NCBI GenBank assembly: GCA_964016885.1
Contig: OZ024756.1
Location: 14,198,001 to 14,262,000, forward strand
Length of the DNA stretch: 64,000 nucleotides
Direction: 5' to 3'
Source: Eledone cirrhosa
Taxonomy: Eukaryota
The translations under genes were made by a program, and so were the position numbers. Each line of letters begins with the position of its first letter. The first letter of the stretch is position 1. A model generated the notes under the pieces. That model was not told the DNA's origin. It did not search any database and saw only the letters and a list, made by a program, of their open reading frames with translations. Positions 42,123 through 55,718 of this stretch are shown here, in pieces.

Positions 42123-42193
42123 CAGACAGGTAGATATATAAATAGCTAGGTTACGGTAGGGGAGATAGAAATACATAAGATGGATGGATATAT

Positions 42194-42606
<413 letters not shown>

Positions 42607-42811
42607 CACACACGTCAAACCGACCGGTCTGAAAAGTGAAACTAATTTTTGACAGTTACGTACACTCACTCATCTGAATAGATTTGTGTATATATAGTCC
42701 TGTATAAACTTCGAGATGACGATAATGCAGACACACGCAATTGTATGGATTTCTTAATATATATATATATATGTGTGGGTGTGTATATGTGTGTATATAT
42801 ATGTGTGTGTG

Positions 42812-42862
<51 letters not shown>

Positions 42863-43102
42863 TTGTATATATATATATATATGTGTGTTTGTATATATAT
42901 ATATATGTGTGTTTGTATATATATATATATGTGTGTATATGTGTACATATACACACATATATATGTTGTACATGTGCATATACATCTATAAGTTTGTGGA
43001 TGTGTGTAAAAAAATATCACGTATTCACAATCCAAATTGAAAATAATGACGTACGTAACTGTCAAAAATTAGTTTCACTTTTGAGACCGGCCGTTTTGAC
43101 GT

Positions 43103-43180
<78 letters not shown>

Positions 43181-43590
43181 TAGAGAGGGGGGGGGGGGTA
43201 GAGAGAGAGGTAAAGACAGCGATGACGGCAATAAGCAGTCACTGTTAATATAGGCATTACATATTTTCCTGGCACAGAGTACAGAAAGTTATGTTGTGAT
43301 ATTTTCTCCATATTGCACCACAGACACAGGTGAGGATAAAAGACGACTTCTCAACCAATCAGCATTCCATGAACACTAGTTCACCTTACAGGTGTTTATG
43401 TGATTCACAGTAGTTAATCAACTATAGATTAACTAGCAAATTCAGCAGAATATAGAACTGAAGTAAATATTTAGATCTGACATTGCATCGTCTCAGTGAA
43501 ATTATTAACAGAAGTAAATCATTGCCATTTTCTAGTGTTATAATAAAACATAATGTATAATAAATGTGGTCGGGACACAAAAGAACAAAA

Positions 43591-45020
43591 CTGTCACTGC
43601 CTCCGTCTCACCCACTCTCCCCCAAACTGCCACTGTCACTGCCTCCGTCTCACCCACTCTCCCCCAAACTGCCACTGTCACTGCCTCCGTCTCACCCACT
43701 CTCCCCCAAACTGCCACTGTCACTGCCTCCGTCTCACCCACTCTTCCCCAAACTGCCACTGTCACTGCCCCCGTCTCACCCACTCTCCCCCAAACTGCCA
43801 CTGTCACTGCCCCCGCCTCACCCACTCTCCCCCAAACTGCCACTGTCACTGCCCCCGTCTCCCCCACACTTCCCCAAACTGCCACTGTCACTGCCCCCGT
43901 CTCACCCACTCTCCCCCAAACTGCCACTGTCACTGCCCCCGTCTCACCCACTCTTCCCCAAACTTCCACTGTCACTGCCTCATCCTCTCACCCACTCTCC
44001 CCCAAACTGCCACTGTCACTGCCCCGTCTCACCCACTCTCCCCCAAACTGCCACTGTCACTGCCTCCGTCTCACCCACTCTCCCCCAAACTTCCACTGTC
44101 ACTGCCTCCGTCTCACCCACTCTCCCCCAAACTGCCACTGCCCCCGTCTCCCCCACACTCCCCCAAACTGCCACTGTCACTGCCCCCGTCTCACCCACTC
44201 TCCCCCAAACTGCCACTGTCACTGCCCCCGTCTCACCCACTCTTCCCCAAACTGCCACAGTCACTGCCTCCGTCTCACCCACTCTTCCCCAAACTGCCAC
44301 AGTCACTGCCTCCGTCTCACCCACTCTTCCCCAAACTGCCACCGTCACTGCCCCCGTTCACCCACTCTCCCCCAAACTGCTACTGTCACTGCCCCCGTCT
44401 CACCCACTCTCCCCCAAACTGCTACTGTCACTGCCTCCGTCTCACCCACTCTTCCCCAAACTGCCACTGTCACTGCCTCCGTCTCACCCACTCTCCCCCA
44501 AACTGCCACAGTCACTGCCCCCGTCTCACCCACTCTCCCCCAAACTGCTACTGTCACTGCCCCCGTCTCACCCACTCTTCCCTAAACTGCCACTGTCACT
44601 GCCTCCGTCTCACCCACTCTTCCCCAAACTGCCACAGTCACTGCCTCCGTCTCACCCACTCTTCCCCAAACTGCCACCGTCACTGCCCCCGTCTCACCCA
44701 CTCTCCCCCAAACTGCCACTGTCACTGCCCCCGTCTCCCCGACACTCCCCCAAACTGCCACTGTCACTGCCCCCGTCTCCCCCACACTCCCCCAAACTTC
44801 CCCCGTCTCCCCCACTCTCCCCCAAACTGCCACAGTCACTGCCTCCGTCTCACCCACTATTCTCCAAACTGCCACTGTCACTGCCCCCGTCTCACCCACT
44901 CTCCCCCAAACTGTCACTGTCCCTGCCTCCGTTTCCCCCACTCTCCCCCAAACTGCCACTGCCCCTGCCTCCGTCTCACCCACTGTCACTGTCTCCCCAA
45001 AGTGCCACTGCCTCCTCCGT
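43591..45020. repeat. 42-bp C-rich minisatellite, about 33 copies
   Basis: Unit CTGTCACTGCCYCCGTCTCACCCACTCTYCCCCAAACTGCCA; 14-aa period in the ORF track. Confidence 0.95.
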
Positions 45021-45255
45021 TTCACCCGCTCTCTCCTCATACGAACGTGTTTTTCTCGTTCTTTCCTCTTCTCACTCTTTATCATTCTACAACCCTTGCC
45101 CCCCCCTTCCTATTCCGTTTTTAAATATTTGTAGTGTTTTTATAATTATTTTATAGCAATTCATTCACCTAGTTACTAATTTATTAAATCGTGTATATTT
45201 CTAAGAATAATTAAAAGGAGAAATAATTTTGGATTGGGTAATGAGTAAAAGTAAG

Positions 45256-45560
45256 AAAAATTAGCGTGTAAGATAGAGGGGAAATATAGGGAAAATTAGC
45301 GTGTAAATATAGGGGAAATATAGGGGAAATATAGGGAAAATTAGCGTGTAAATATAGGGGAAATATAGGGAAAATTAGCGCGTAAATATAGGGAAAATTA
45401 GTGTGTAAATATAGGGGAAATATAGGGAAAATTAGCGTGTAAATATAGGGGAAATATAGGGAAAATTAGCGTGTAAATATAGGGGAAATATAGGAAAAAT
45501 TAGCGTGTAAATATAGGGGAAATATAGGGAAAATTAGCGTGTAAATATAGGGGAAATATA
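45256..45560. repeat. ~34-bp minisatellite (GGAAAATTAGCGTGTAAATATAGGGGAAATATAG)
   Basis: About 9 copies, with variable numbers of the 12-bp sub-repeat. Confidence 0.9.
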
Positions 45561-45849
45561 AGAAGATAAATATTTTGTTGTTGGTGGTGACTAAGAACAA
45601 CCAGATTATTGGAAGAATAAAGGGCTGTAGGAGAGGTTTTGAATTCTTTCTAACTAGAAGGCTACTATACTCATAAGATCAATTCCATCTTTTACTTCTT
45701 ATTCTATCTTCTGATGAAGGACTAGTGTCCAGAACGTTAACACCCCTTTCCTATTATTTCAAGCATTAAATTAATATATTTATTCATTGTACTGTGTTGT
45801 TTATTTTGTTGTCTGTTTATATTTTACACACACAGACACATGTTAGATT

Positions 45850-46760
45850 GGGGATGATAGGAAGTGAGACGATGATAGGAGTGGGGTTGAGATGAGACCA
45901 GCCAGCTCAAAAGAGCTGAGGTCAAGGTAGTAGCAATAGAAACACCAGGGAAATGTGACGAGGTTTATGGGCCAAAGACTGGAGTGTGTCTGTCAGTGAT
46001 ATAATTCTAATTAGTTGTGTGACTTTTCCTGTGATGAGGCCTTAACATGTCTAAGTATGCAGCAGCACCAGCCCAAACGCTGGCCCTACGAAGGCTTTGC
46101 AGTGAACCAGAAATTTCTGGAGGAAGAATTATTTTCTGACCTTGAAGAAGAGCCAGTTTTTCAGATAAGGTTCTCATTATGTTAACCCTTTAGCATTTAC
46201 ATTACTCTCTATATACTATTGTCTTTTTGTGGTAAAGGCTTTATCTTACATATTATTGAATCTACTAGATTTTGATGTTATTTATTTTGTGAACAATACT
46301 TTAACATCAGTATGAGCGGCCATTTATGGCCAGTTTGAACAGAAAGAGGTGAGAGAATTCTGGTCGGATATGGCCGGTTTAAATGCTAAAGGGTTAAGAA
46401 TGTACATTTGCCAGGAGAGTTCCTCATTGAGAGGTTAGCATTTGGAGCGATCGTGAGGGCTTTATCTGTGCTGTTTATGCCTAAGGGTGAGGTGGGGGGT
46501 GTGATGGTGTTATTTTTTAATATGGGCATTGCCTGTGGGGGTTTTTTTTTTTTGCTGTTGAAAGATACAGGGCTGATATGACCCCTCACCGAGGGATTCT
46601 TTCGAGATCTGTGTTTAAGGAGTCAGTGAAAACTTGGTGTGAGATATCGAGGTTACACGGGGGGATAAAGTTGGTCGGAGGAAGACTATGGAAAAATGAA
46701 GAATAATATGATCTGTGTTAGAGATGGTATTACCGTTGGCGTGGCTTTTAGTAGCTTATT
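45850..46760 (-). mobile_element. Decayed CR1/L2-group LINE RT C-terminal fragment
   Basis: Remnant peptides TDLERI..., SVWAGAAAYLDML, LQSLAH, FYCYY..SSFELAGLI across frameshifts. Confidence 0.6.
46186..46393. mobile_element. piggyBac-type MITE (208 bp) nested in the CR1 fragment
   Basis: TTAA on both sides (46182-46185, 46394-46397); TIRs CCCTTTAGCATTTA / TAAATGCTAAAGGG. Confidence 0.88.
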
Positions 46761-48547
46761 GATAGAGAGATGTGGGTAGGTGTGGGGGACAAACTCGAAT
46801 CCTGTGGTACGCTAAAGTTGAGAGAGAGAGAGGGGGGGCGGGGAGAAAGATAAGTACTTCTATAATGAGATATAAAATTAGATACAACCTGCATTGTTAA
46901 TAAAGAAAACCACCACCACCACCACCACCACCACCAACAACAACGCCATTACTATCATCATTAACGCTATCGCCAATAAGACCACCACCACCATCACTAC
47001 CACAGGCCCCAATAAGACCACCACCATCACCACCACCACCATCATCACTAACATTATAACTACCACCAATAAGACCACCACCACCACCATCACTACCACA
47101 GCCCCCAATAAGACCACTACCAACCCACCACCACCACCATCATCACTAAAATTATAACTACCACCAATAAGACCACCACCACCACCACTACCACAGCCCC
47201 CAATAAGACCACCACCACCACCATCATCACTAACATAACTATCAGCAATAAGACCACCACCACCACCACCTCAGCCATCAATAATATCATCATCATTAAC
47301 ATTATAAATACCATCAATAAGACCACCAGCACCACCACAGCTATCAATAAGACCACCATCATCATCATCATCATCATCATTAACATTACAACTACTATCA
47401 CTAAGATCACTACCATCATCATCACCACCACCACCACTACCACCACCACCACAACCACCACTACCACCACCACCACCACCAATATCAACAACACTCCCTT
47501 CCATCTTTTAACTGACTCACTTTCTGTAAACTTGCAAAAGTTTTCCTCTCTTTCGACTTACAATCTGTCTGTCTGTCTGCCTGTCTGCCTGCATCTCTGA
47601 CTACATCTGTCTGTCTGTCTGCTTACCTGTCTCTCTCTCTCTGTCTGTCTGTCTGTCTGTCAGCCTCTCTGACTACATCTGTCTGTCTTCACCATCCTCT
47701 CAGCATCCCCCACTACACCATACCTGCAAGCACTCCTTCCCCTCCTCCTCTCTCCCACTCTATCACTCACAAACTCACTCCCCCCACACACACTCGTTTT
47801 CCTCTCCCCCCTCCCTCTCTCTCTCCACCATTCTACTGCTGCGTAACATCTCTCTCTCACCCCCTCACACAGTCATTCATTCATTTATTCTCCCCCTCTC
47901 TCTTACTCTCTTCCTGTCTTTCTCTCTCTCACTCTCTCTTACACACACATACACGCTCTCTTCTACCTTTCCCTCTCACTGTTCGACTCTTCCCTTCTCT
48001 CTCCCACACACACACACTCGCTCTCTTTCGCTCACGACCCTCCCCCCTCTCTCTCCACATCTCTCTCCCACACTCACGTCTCTCTTCCCTCTCAACGACG
48101 ACGACCACCACCACCACTACCATCATCATCATCCTACCACCACCACCACCACCACCACCATCTTACTACTACCTGACGTTTTCTGTCTGATGATCAGCTG
48201 AAATATATTTCACTAGCTGGAGCAGTATCCTCTTCAGCTCCTTAAATATCCATGTTATTAAGAGGCCTCCATCCCGCACCATTTTTAGTCAGGCAAGTCA
48301 GCTGTCAGTCGTAGCAATCGTGGCAAATACCATTCCTCAGTTGAACACTCTTCACAAGCTTCTGCTGGACGCTTTGTAGACCGGGGTAAGCAGACAAATT
48401 CTTACTTGTTTTTATTATTGTTATTAACTCAAGAGGAAACAATTGTTTCTCTTTTAAAATGTTTATTTTCTTAAACCCTGTTATAAATATCGTTAGATTT
48501 GTGGAGGGCCATGTTATCATATTGCCAGAAATGTATAGTAAAACAGA

Positions 48548-49727
48548 CTCACTGTATTATTTCACACACAAATAAACCCCACACTGTATCATCTTGTGCC
48601 GTCTTCACTGTCTCTTTAATGTGAGCCCTGTGTGGCTAACGAAGAAAACACAAGTGACCCTTAGAGTCACCTCACCTTTGGGAAATTTGTGTTTGTTTTA
48701 AATATTTATTTTCTTAGTTAGTCTATGTTATCAATTTTATTTTATACAACCCTCCCCACCCACCTCACTGTATTGTCCTGTACCGTCTTTAATGTCTCCT
48801 TAATGTGAACCCTGTGTGGCTAATAAAGAAAGCATTATTATTATTCTCCGACTTTATGGTCTGAGTTCAAATCCCGCCAAGGTTAACTTTGCCTTTCATC
48901 CTTACGGGGGCCGATAAAATAAAGTACCAGTAATACAGTGAGATAATTGCTGGCCTTGTGCCAAAAGTAGAAACAATTCTTCTTCTTCTCCGTTCTCCTT
49001 TATAGAGGAAGGACAGGAAGTTTTTTTTATCTTCCTGGTGACCATGGCGAAAGAGGTCGTGTGGTGGACGCGTTTGAAAGGGTTGAAGACAACCATTTAC
49101 CTCTTTGGCAAAACCCTGATTAACTTTTTTAGATTTCACTTGAAGAGGCAAACCAGGGTGGAGAAGGAAGTGCTGCATTCCAACTAGTTTGTTGAAAGGT
49201 AGGTCGGAGTGGTCAGCATGGTCCTAGTGAATGGACCTGCTTTGTGTATACACCTGTAGATTGGAGTAGAAAGACTGGGAGAGGGCACTTGGCCCTAGCG
49301 GACAGGGTGACTGTGGCTTTTGTAGGATTTCTAAACGAGTGACACTTAGAGTCTCCTCAACTTTGGGGAAGTTATGTTTGTTTTAAATGGTTTTCTTAGT
49401 CTCTTTTATAAATTTTATTTTACACAAAAAACCCACACTGTATCGTCCTGTGCCGTCTTTAATGTTTCCTTAATGTGACCCCTATGTGGCTAATAAGGAA
49501 ATCATTATTATTATGATTGGCAGTATCATTAGAGTGTGGGACACTATGCTTTGCAGCATGGAGCTACGGCTCTTTACGGTTTGAGCTCAAATCCTGCGGA
49601 GGTTAACTTTGCCTTTCATCTTTACGGGGTCGATAAAATAAAGTACCAGTAATGCACTGGGATCGAGTTAACCGACTTTCCCCTCCCCCAAAATTGCTGG
49701 CCTTGTGCCTATATAAGAAACCATTAT
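48548..49727 (+). mobile_element. L1/Tx1-like 3' UTR fragments, SINE (~48850-48978), L1/Tx1-like 3' end (~48990-49505), SINE (~49515-49727)
   Basis: VTMAKEVVWWTRLKGLK...RVEKEVL homologous to 6166-6390; SINE B-boxes. Confidence 0.7.
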
Positions 49728-50277
49728 TAGAGTGGTAGATTGAAAGAATCGGTAGAGCGTCGGACGAAATGAAATGCATTGCAGTATTTCGGATGGAGAG
49801 ATCAGTGACTCACACCTGTATATTAAACAGACAAACTTACCTGTATGTCTTGGGTTTGTATTTCTATTTGATCATCCGACTGCAGCCGTCCTGGGGTTAT
49901 TCATTAACTTCAACGTTAAAAATACCTGACGAAATAAGAAATATAATATACGATACATATACGTATGGTTTCTGATAAAAAAGTATATATCAAGGGCGGT
50001 GCACCAGTATGGCCTCAGCCGGATGGCTGGAACATGTAGCAGAGTAAAAGAGATATGTATGTATCTATATATACCATGTATTGTTTCAATGTGCACTGGA
50101 ATGAACGATATCGATCTTAATGCACCGAAACCGTAGGTTTGATTGAGTAGATGGGACTGTCCATCTTGTCCATCTTGTCCATTGTCTTTGTCATGTGTGC
50201 ACCCTATTTAGAATATAGATATATATATATATATAATTTGTATGTTGATAACAAAATTGTGTGTATGTATTAAAGGA

Positions 50278-50587
50278 ACGATCGACTTTCGTCAAATCGG
50301 ACCGAGGGAACAATGTTTCCGTTGGTCTTTCCAATTGCTAATACTATCTATCGGTTGCAACTCCAGGTAGAAGGAGCAACGTGAAATAAAGTGTCTTGCT
50401 CAAGGACATAGCGCATCGCCTGGTCCAGGAATCGAACTGGACCAGGCGATGCGTTATGTCCTTGAGCAAGACACTTTATTTCACGTTGCTCCTTCTACCT
50501 GGAGTTGCAACCGATAGATAGTATTAGCAATTGGAAAGACCAACGGAAACATTGTTCCCTCGGTCCGATTTGACGAAAGTCGATCGT
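50278..50587. repeat. Near-perfect inverted repeat, 151-bp arms, 8-nt loop
   Basis: Arms 50278-50428 and 50437-50587; one mismatch seen. Confidence 0.95.
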
Positions 50588-50592
50588 GTATG

Positions 50593-50627
<35 letters not shown>

Positions 50628-50997
50628 GTATGTTTGTTTGTATATATATATTGTTTGTATATATATATGTTGATAACAAAATTGTGTGTATGTATATATA
50701 TATATATGTATGTTTGTTTGTATATATATATTGTTTGTATATATATATATATATATTAATTCAAATATTAACAAAATAGATATTCTTGTGATCAATTAAA
50801 TTAAATTAAATTAAATTAAATTAAATTAAATCATTTAATTGATCACAAGAATATCTATTTTGTTAATATTTAATATTATATTAATAACTCTGGAAAATAT
50901 TTTACTGTAGAGTGCTTCCAATCTACTGTAAAACTCATTCTTTGATGTACTCATTGAATCTTGTTTAACTCTTTAATATATATAGATATAGATATAT

Positions 50998-51331
50998 ATT
51001 AGAAAGTGGTTTTTTTTTACAAAATGAAAAAACCAAGGTGTCCTACACGAGTGAGAGTATAAGGAAAAAAGATGAAATCGAAAATGCAACTGGAGTATTT
51101 TAAAAAAAAAAAAAAAATTTATTTGGTTCCTTTACCGGTTTCGCAGTTCTTGTGCTTTTCAAAAGTAGAATTGAGATGGAGGGTCTGTGGTTTTTCTCGA
51201 GAAAATCCACAGACCCTCCATCTCAATTCTACTTTTGAAAAGCACAAGAACTACGAAACCGGTAAAGGAACCAAATAAATATATTAAAAAAAATAAAAAA
51301 TTCCAGTTGCATTTTAGATTTCATCTTTTTT
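50998..51331 (-). mobile_element. ~200-bp element with inverted partial duplicate (palindrome 51065-51331); single-arm paralog at 59797-60005
   Basis: Centre TTTTCTC|GAGAAAA at 51198/51199. Decayed hammerhead CTT-TTGAAAA-GCA..TGC-GAAA-C CG GTA-AAG. Confidence 0.8.
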
Positions 51332-51340
51332 CGTTTATAT

Positions 51341-51375
<35 letters not shown>

Positions 51376-51635
51376 AACACACACGCAGTTGCCCAATATA
51401 GGTTGTGTTATTATTTTTCTTAATTTACTACTTTGAATTAAGTCTGTCAAACCATATTGCTGTAGTTAGTATTTTTTCACCCTAGCAAACCCGGTCCTAA
51501 CAATTCGGACACATGTATGTTTATATTAGTGTTTATATCTCTTGTATATTCAAAGCTTTTTTCTTAGAGCTATTTAATTGTAAGAGACTACTTTGAGTTT
51601 CTACCTCAGTATATATTATATATATATATATATAG

Positions 51636-52041
51636 AAGATCAAAAGATGGTTAAATGAGTTCCATGTATTTTATTATGCGCATTTCAAAAACAAATATCA
51701 TCATGCAATAACATTTGTGTTTTCATCAGATAAAATAGGAGGACATGATATGAAGGTTAAAACCACTTGTGGATAGTGCAGTTTTAAATCAACATATCAA
51801 CTGCACTATCCACAAGTGTTTTTAACCTTCATATCATGTCCTCCTATTTTATCTGATGAAAACACAAATGTTATTGCATGATGATATTTGTTTTTGAAAT
51901 GCGCATAATAAAATACATGGAACTCATTTAACCATCTTTTGATCTTATATATTATGTATACTCCAGTCTTACAAACTGTAGAGTGCTTCTTATCCGATAT
52001 CTGCATTGCTTTATTGTACTACAATAAAACTCACCTCCTAC
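51636..52041 (+). mobile_element. Hammerhead-bearing short element with inverted 5' duplicate (arms 51636-51783 and 51799-51946)
   Basis: 148-bp arms, 15-nt loop, (TA)n flanks; related 3' tail at ~31760-31890 (-). Confidence 0.85.
51846..51914 (+). ncRNA. Minimal hammerhead ribozyme motif (mirror copy at 51668-51736, minus strand)
   Basis: ATTTTAT-CTGATGA-[~15-bp stem II]-GAAA-T GCGC ATA-ATAAAAT. Confidence 0.75.
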
Positions 52042-52097
52042 ATATATATGTATGTATATATATATATATATATATAAATATATACACACACACACAC

Positions 52098-52161
<64 letters not shown>

Positions 52162-52208
52162 AGAGAGGGAGATTTTTGTAGTATTCAAAAGATTGGAAAT
52201 AACTCAGT

Positions 52209-52290
52209 ATTCACTACAGCTGTTTCCAAGATGCGTACGATTACTTTTAAAGTTTTAGCTATGGAAAATAACGTAACTCCTCAGAATAAA
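52209..52290 (-). ncRNA. Hammerhead-like motif, core intact, stems weak
   Basis: CTGAGGA...GAAA-C AGCT GTA; palindromic stem III. Confidence 0.45.
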
Positions 52291-52292
52291 CG

Positions 52293-52325
<33 letters not shown>

Positions 52326-52344
52326 TATAACTCCAATACATGTG

Positions 52345-52951
52345 TAGGCATGAGTTAGATTTGCAACCATTGGTTCAGGGTTTAGTCTTGTTATGCAGCA
52401 CCATGGGCAGGTGTCTACTACTATATCTCCAGGTTCACTAGTGCATGTGCGCGCGCGCGTATTTGTGAATATATGTAACAGTGTGCGTGTGTGCGTGTGA
52501 GTATGTGTGTGTGTGTATGTGTGTGACTGAGTGTCTGTGTGTGTATGTGTGTGTGTGCGTGTGAGTATGTGCGCGCGTGTGTGTCACTGAGTGTGTGTGT
52601 GTGCGTATGTGTGTGTGAGTGTGTGTGCGTGTGAATGCGTCTGTCACTGAGTGTGTGTGCGTGTGTATGTAACTGTGTGTGTGTGTCACTGAGTGTGTGT
52701 GTGTGTGTGCGTGTGTATGTAACTGTGTGTGTGTCACTGAGTGTGTGGGTGTATGTGTGTGTATGTGTGTGTGTGTATGTAGGTTTCCGTCCGTGTTGTT
52801 TATGTTTCGTAACCTAGCGGTTTGATAAAAACGAGATCGATAAAATATGTATCATACTCGGCAAAATATATAAACAAGTGTTGATATGGCTGACTAAATC
52901 AAGGCGGCGCTCCAGCGTGGCCGCAGTCTATCCACTGAAACAAGTAAAATA
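52345..52951 (+). mobile_element. Degenerate SINE of a third family with an internal (TG)-rich tract
   Basis: 3' end GGCGGCGCTCCAGCGTGGCCGCAGTC...TGAAACAAGTAAAA, also seen at ~17640-17690 and ~49990-50050. Confidence 0.6.
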
Positions 52952-53052
52952 ATGAAAAAATATGTTCGAAACCTCAAAATGATTACGAAAAAGTAAAATG
53001 TGATGTTGAGATGTTCATACATTTCGTAGTAACGTTTGCTATAGAGAGAGAA

Positions 53053-53083
<31 letters not shown>

Positions 53084-53504
53084 AAGAGAGAGAGAGGGAG
53101 AGAGAGAGAGAGAGGGAGAGAGAGAGGGAGAGAGAGAGGGAGAGAGAGAGGGAGAGAGAGAGGGAGAGAGAGAGGGAGAGAGAGGGGGGGATAGAGGGAG
53201 ATAGAGAGGGGGAGAGAGGGATAGGGGGAGGGGGAATATAGGGGGAGAGAGAAGGGAGAGAGAGGGGGAGGGGGAATATAGGGGGAGAGAGAAGGGAGAG
53301 AGAGGGGGAGGGGGAATATAGGGGGAGAGAGAGAGGGAGGAGAGAGAGGGGGAGGGAGAGAGAAGGGGAGAGAGAGAGAGGGGGAGAGAGAGGGACGGAG
53401 GACATCATCAGCACTGATTTCGTACTTCCTGTATCGTACTTCCTGTATAAGGATAAAATGCAAGGTGAACCTCGACGAGATTCGAACACACAACGCATAA
53501 TAAT

Positions 53505-53549
<45 letters not shown>

Positions 53550-53657
53550 TAAATATACATATATAAATATAAAGTACCAGTAATACACTGCTTAATTGCT
53601 GGCCTTGTGCCAAAAGTAGAAACAATTATATATATATTATATATAATATATATATTA

Positions 53658-54228
53658 CTAGCAGTGGTACCCGGCGTTGTACGGGATAAGGTATTGTGAA
53701 ATATATAACCGCCTTAGCTAAGCTTCGTATTGCCACAACCACGGCTGGCAAAGAAGTAAGGGTCTGGTGGTACGTAAGTAAGCAACACTGTGGCTGAAAA
53801 CGTGAGGAAGAAGTTGTGTGCACTTACCAACTGTTTGGGGAATGAGTGTGAGATTTGTCTTGAGCAAGGGTGGCCGAATAACCGGAGGCAGCAGACAGCC
53901 AGACATACAGACACATATAAGCGCGCGTTCTGGACGCAGAGCGAATTGTAGGAAGTGACGTAATGCAGACATACAGACAGATATTATAAGGGCACGACGT
54001 TACATGTATCTATCTAAAAAGAGAAAGACTAAGAATTATAGAGAGAGATCGCTAAATCACCCAATGCAGTCCCTAGGGCATTGAAAATTTGAAATTTGCT
54101 CAGAACACTCCCTGAAACATAAGTATTACATGTGTAAAGTTTGGCACAGTCGGTGGGGTGGTTCTCGAGTTTTAGTGATTCAAACTCACGCACACAGAGA
54201 CAGACATCCTCCGTTTTATATATATAGA
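53658..54228 (-). mobile_element. Non-autonomous Helitron-like element
   Basis: A|TC start and CTAG|T end on the minus strand; subterminal hairpin CCCG-N8-CGGG at 53670-53685. Confidence 0.7.
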
Positions 54229-54957
54229 TATATATAATATATATATACTATATATATAATATATATATATAATATATATATATTATATATATATACTATA
54301 TATATAATATATATATATAATATATATATATATTATATATATGTTACATATATCCTTACGGGGTCGATGAAATAAAGTGCCAGTAATGCACTGGGATAAT
54401 TGCTGGGCTTGTGCCAAAAGTAGAAACAATTATATATAATATATATATAATATATATATATATTATATATATATACATATGTATATAATATATAGTATAT
54501 ATATATATTATATATAAATGTACATATATATATATATACATATATATATAATATATAGTATATATATATATTATATATAAATGTACATATATATAATATA
54601 TGTAATATATATATATGATATATATATTATATATATATATAATATATATAATATATGTAATATATATAATATATATATTATATATATATATAATATATAT
54701 AATATATGTACTATATATAATATATATATTATATATATATATAATATATATAATATATGTAATATATATAATATATATAATATATATATATATAATATAT
54801 ATAATATATGTAATATATATAATATATATATTATATATATATATTATATATATTATATATATAATATATATATTATATATATATATAATATATATATCAT
54901 ATATGTAATATATATAATATATATATATAATATATATATATAATATATATATATAAT

Positions 54958-54990
<33 letters not shown>

Positions 54991-55502
54991 CTATATATAA
55001 TATATATATTATATATATATATATATATTATATATATAATATATATATTATATTGTTATACTTTGGGAGGGTCATGTTGCCAATAAGAAACACACGCACC
55101 AGTTGCTTTCACTTCAATTTATTATATATTTATAAATTTATAAATTTACAAATCTACAAACTTATAAATTATAAATTTCTGGTTGGTTGGTTGGTTCCAC
55201 AACCAGATAGTTGTTTATATATATAGTCATAGTCCTTTCGTCACACACCCTGTGACCTCTTCAGTGACTGGGGATTCCTTTCTTCGTTTCTGTGCCTTTC
55301 AGAAACGAAATATATATTATATATAATATATATATAATCCCGCCGAGGTTGACTTTGCCTTTCATCCTTACGGGGTCGATAAAATAAAGTACCAGTAATG
55401 CACTGGGTATTTGCTGGCCTTGTGCCTAAAGTAGAAACAATTATATATAATATATATAATATATATATATCATATATATATATAATATAATATATATAAT
55501 AT

Positions 55503-55534
<32 letters not shown>

Positions 55535-55578
55535 ATATAATATAATATATATATATCATATATATATATAATATATAT

Positions 55579-55610
<32 letters not shown>

Positions 55611-55661
55611 ATATATATATATATATATAATATATAATATATATATATATATAATATATAT

Positions 55662-55718
<57 letters not shown>

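Noticed and set aside
43553-45156. Mucin-like and Cys/His-rich ORFs
   Set aside because: All frames of the 42-bp satellite are open and frameshifting indels are tolerated.
46015-46185. Plus-strand exon-like frame (MQQHQPKRWPYEGF...)
   Set aside because: Better explained as the antisense of the decayed CR1-group RT.
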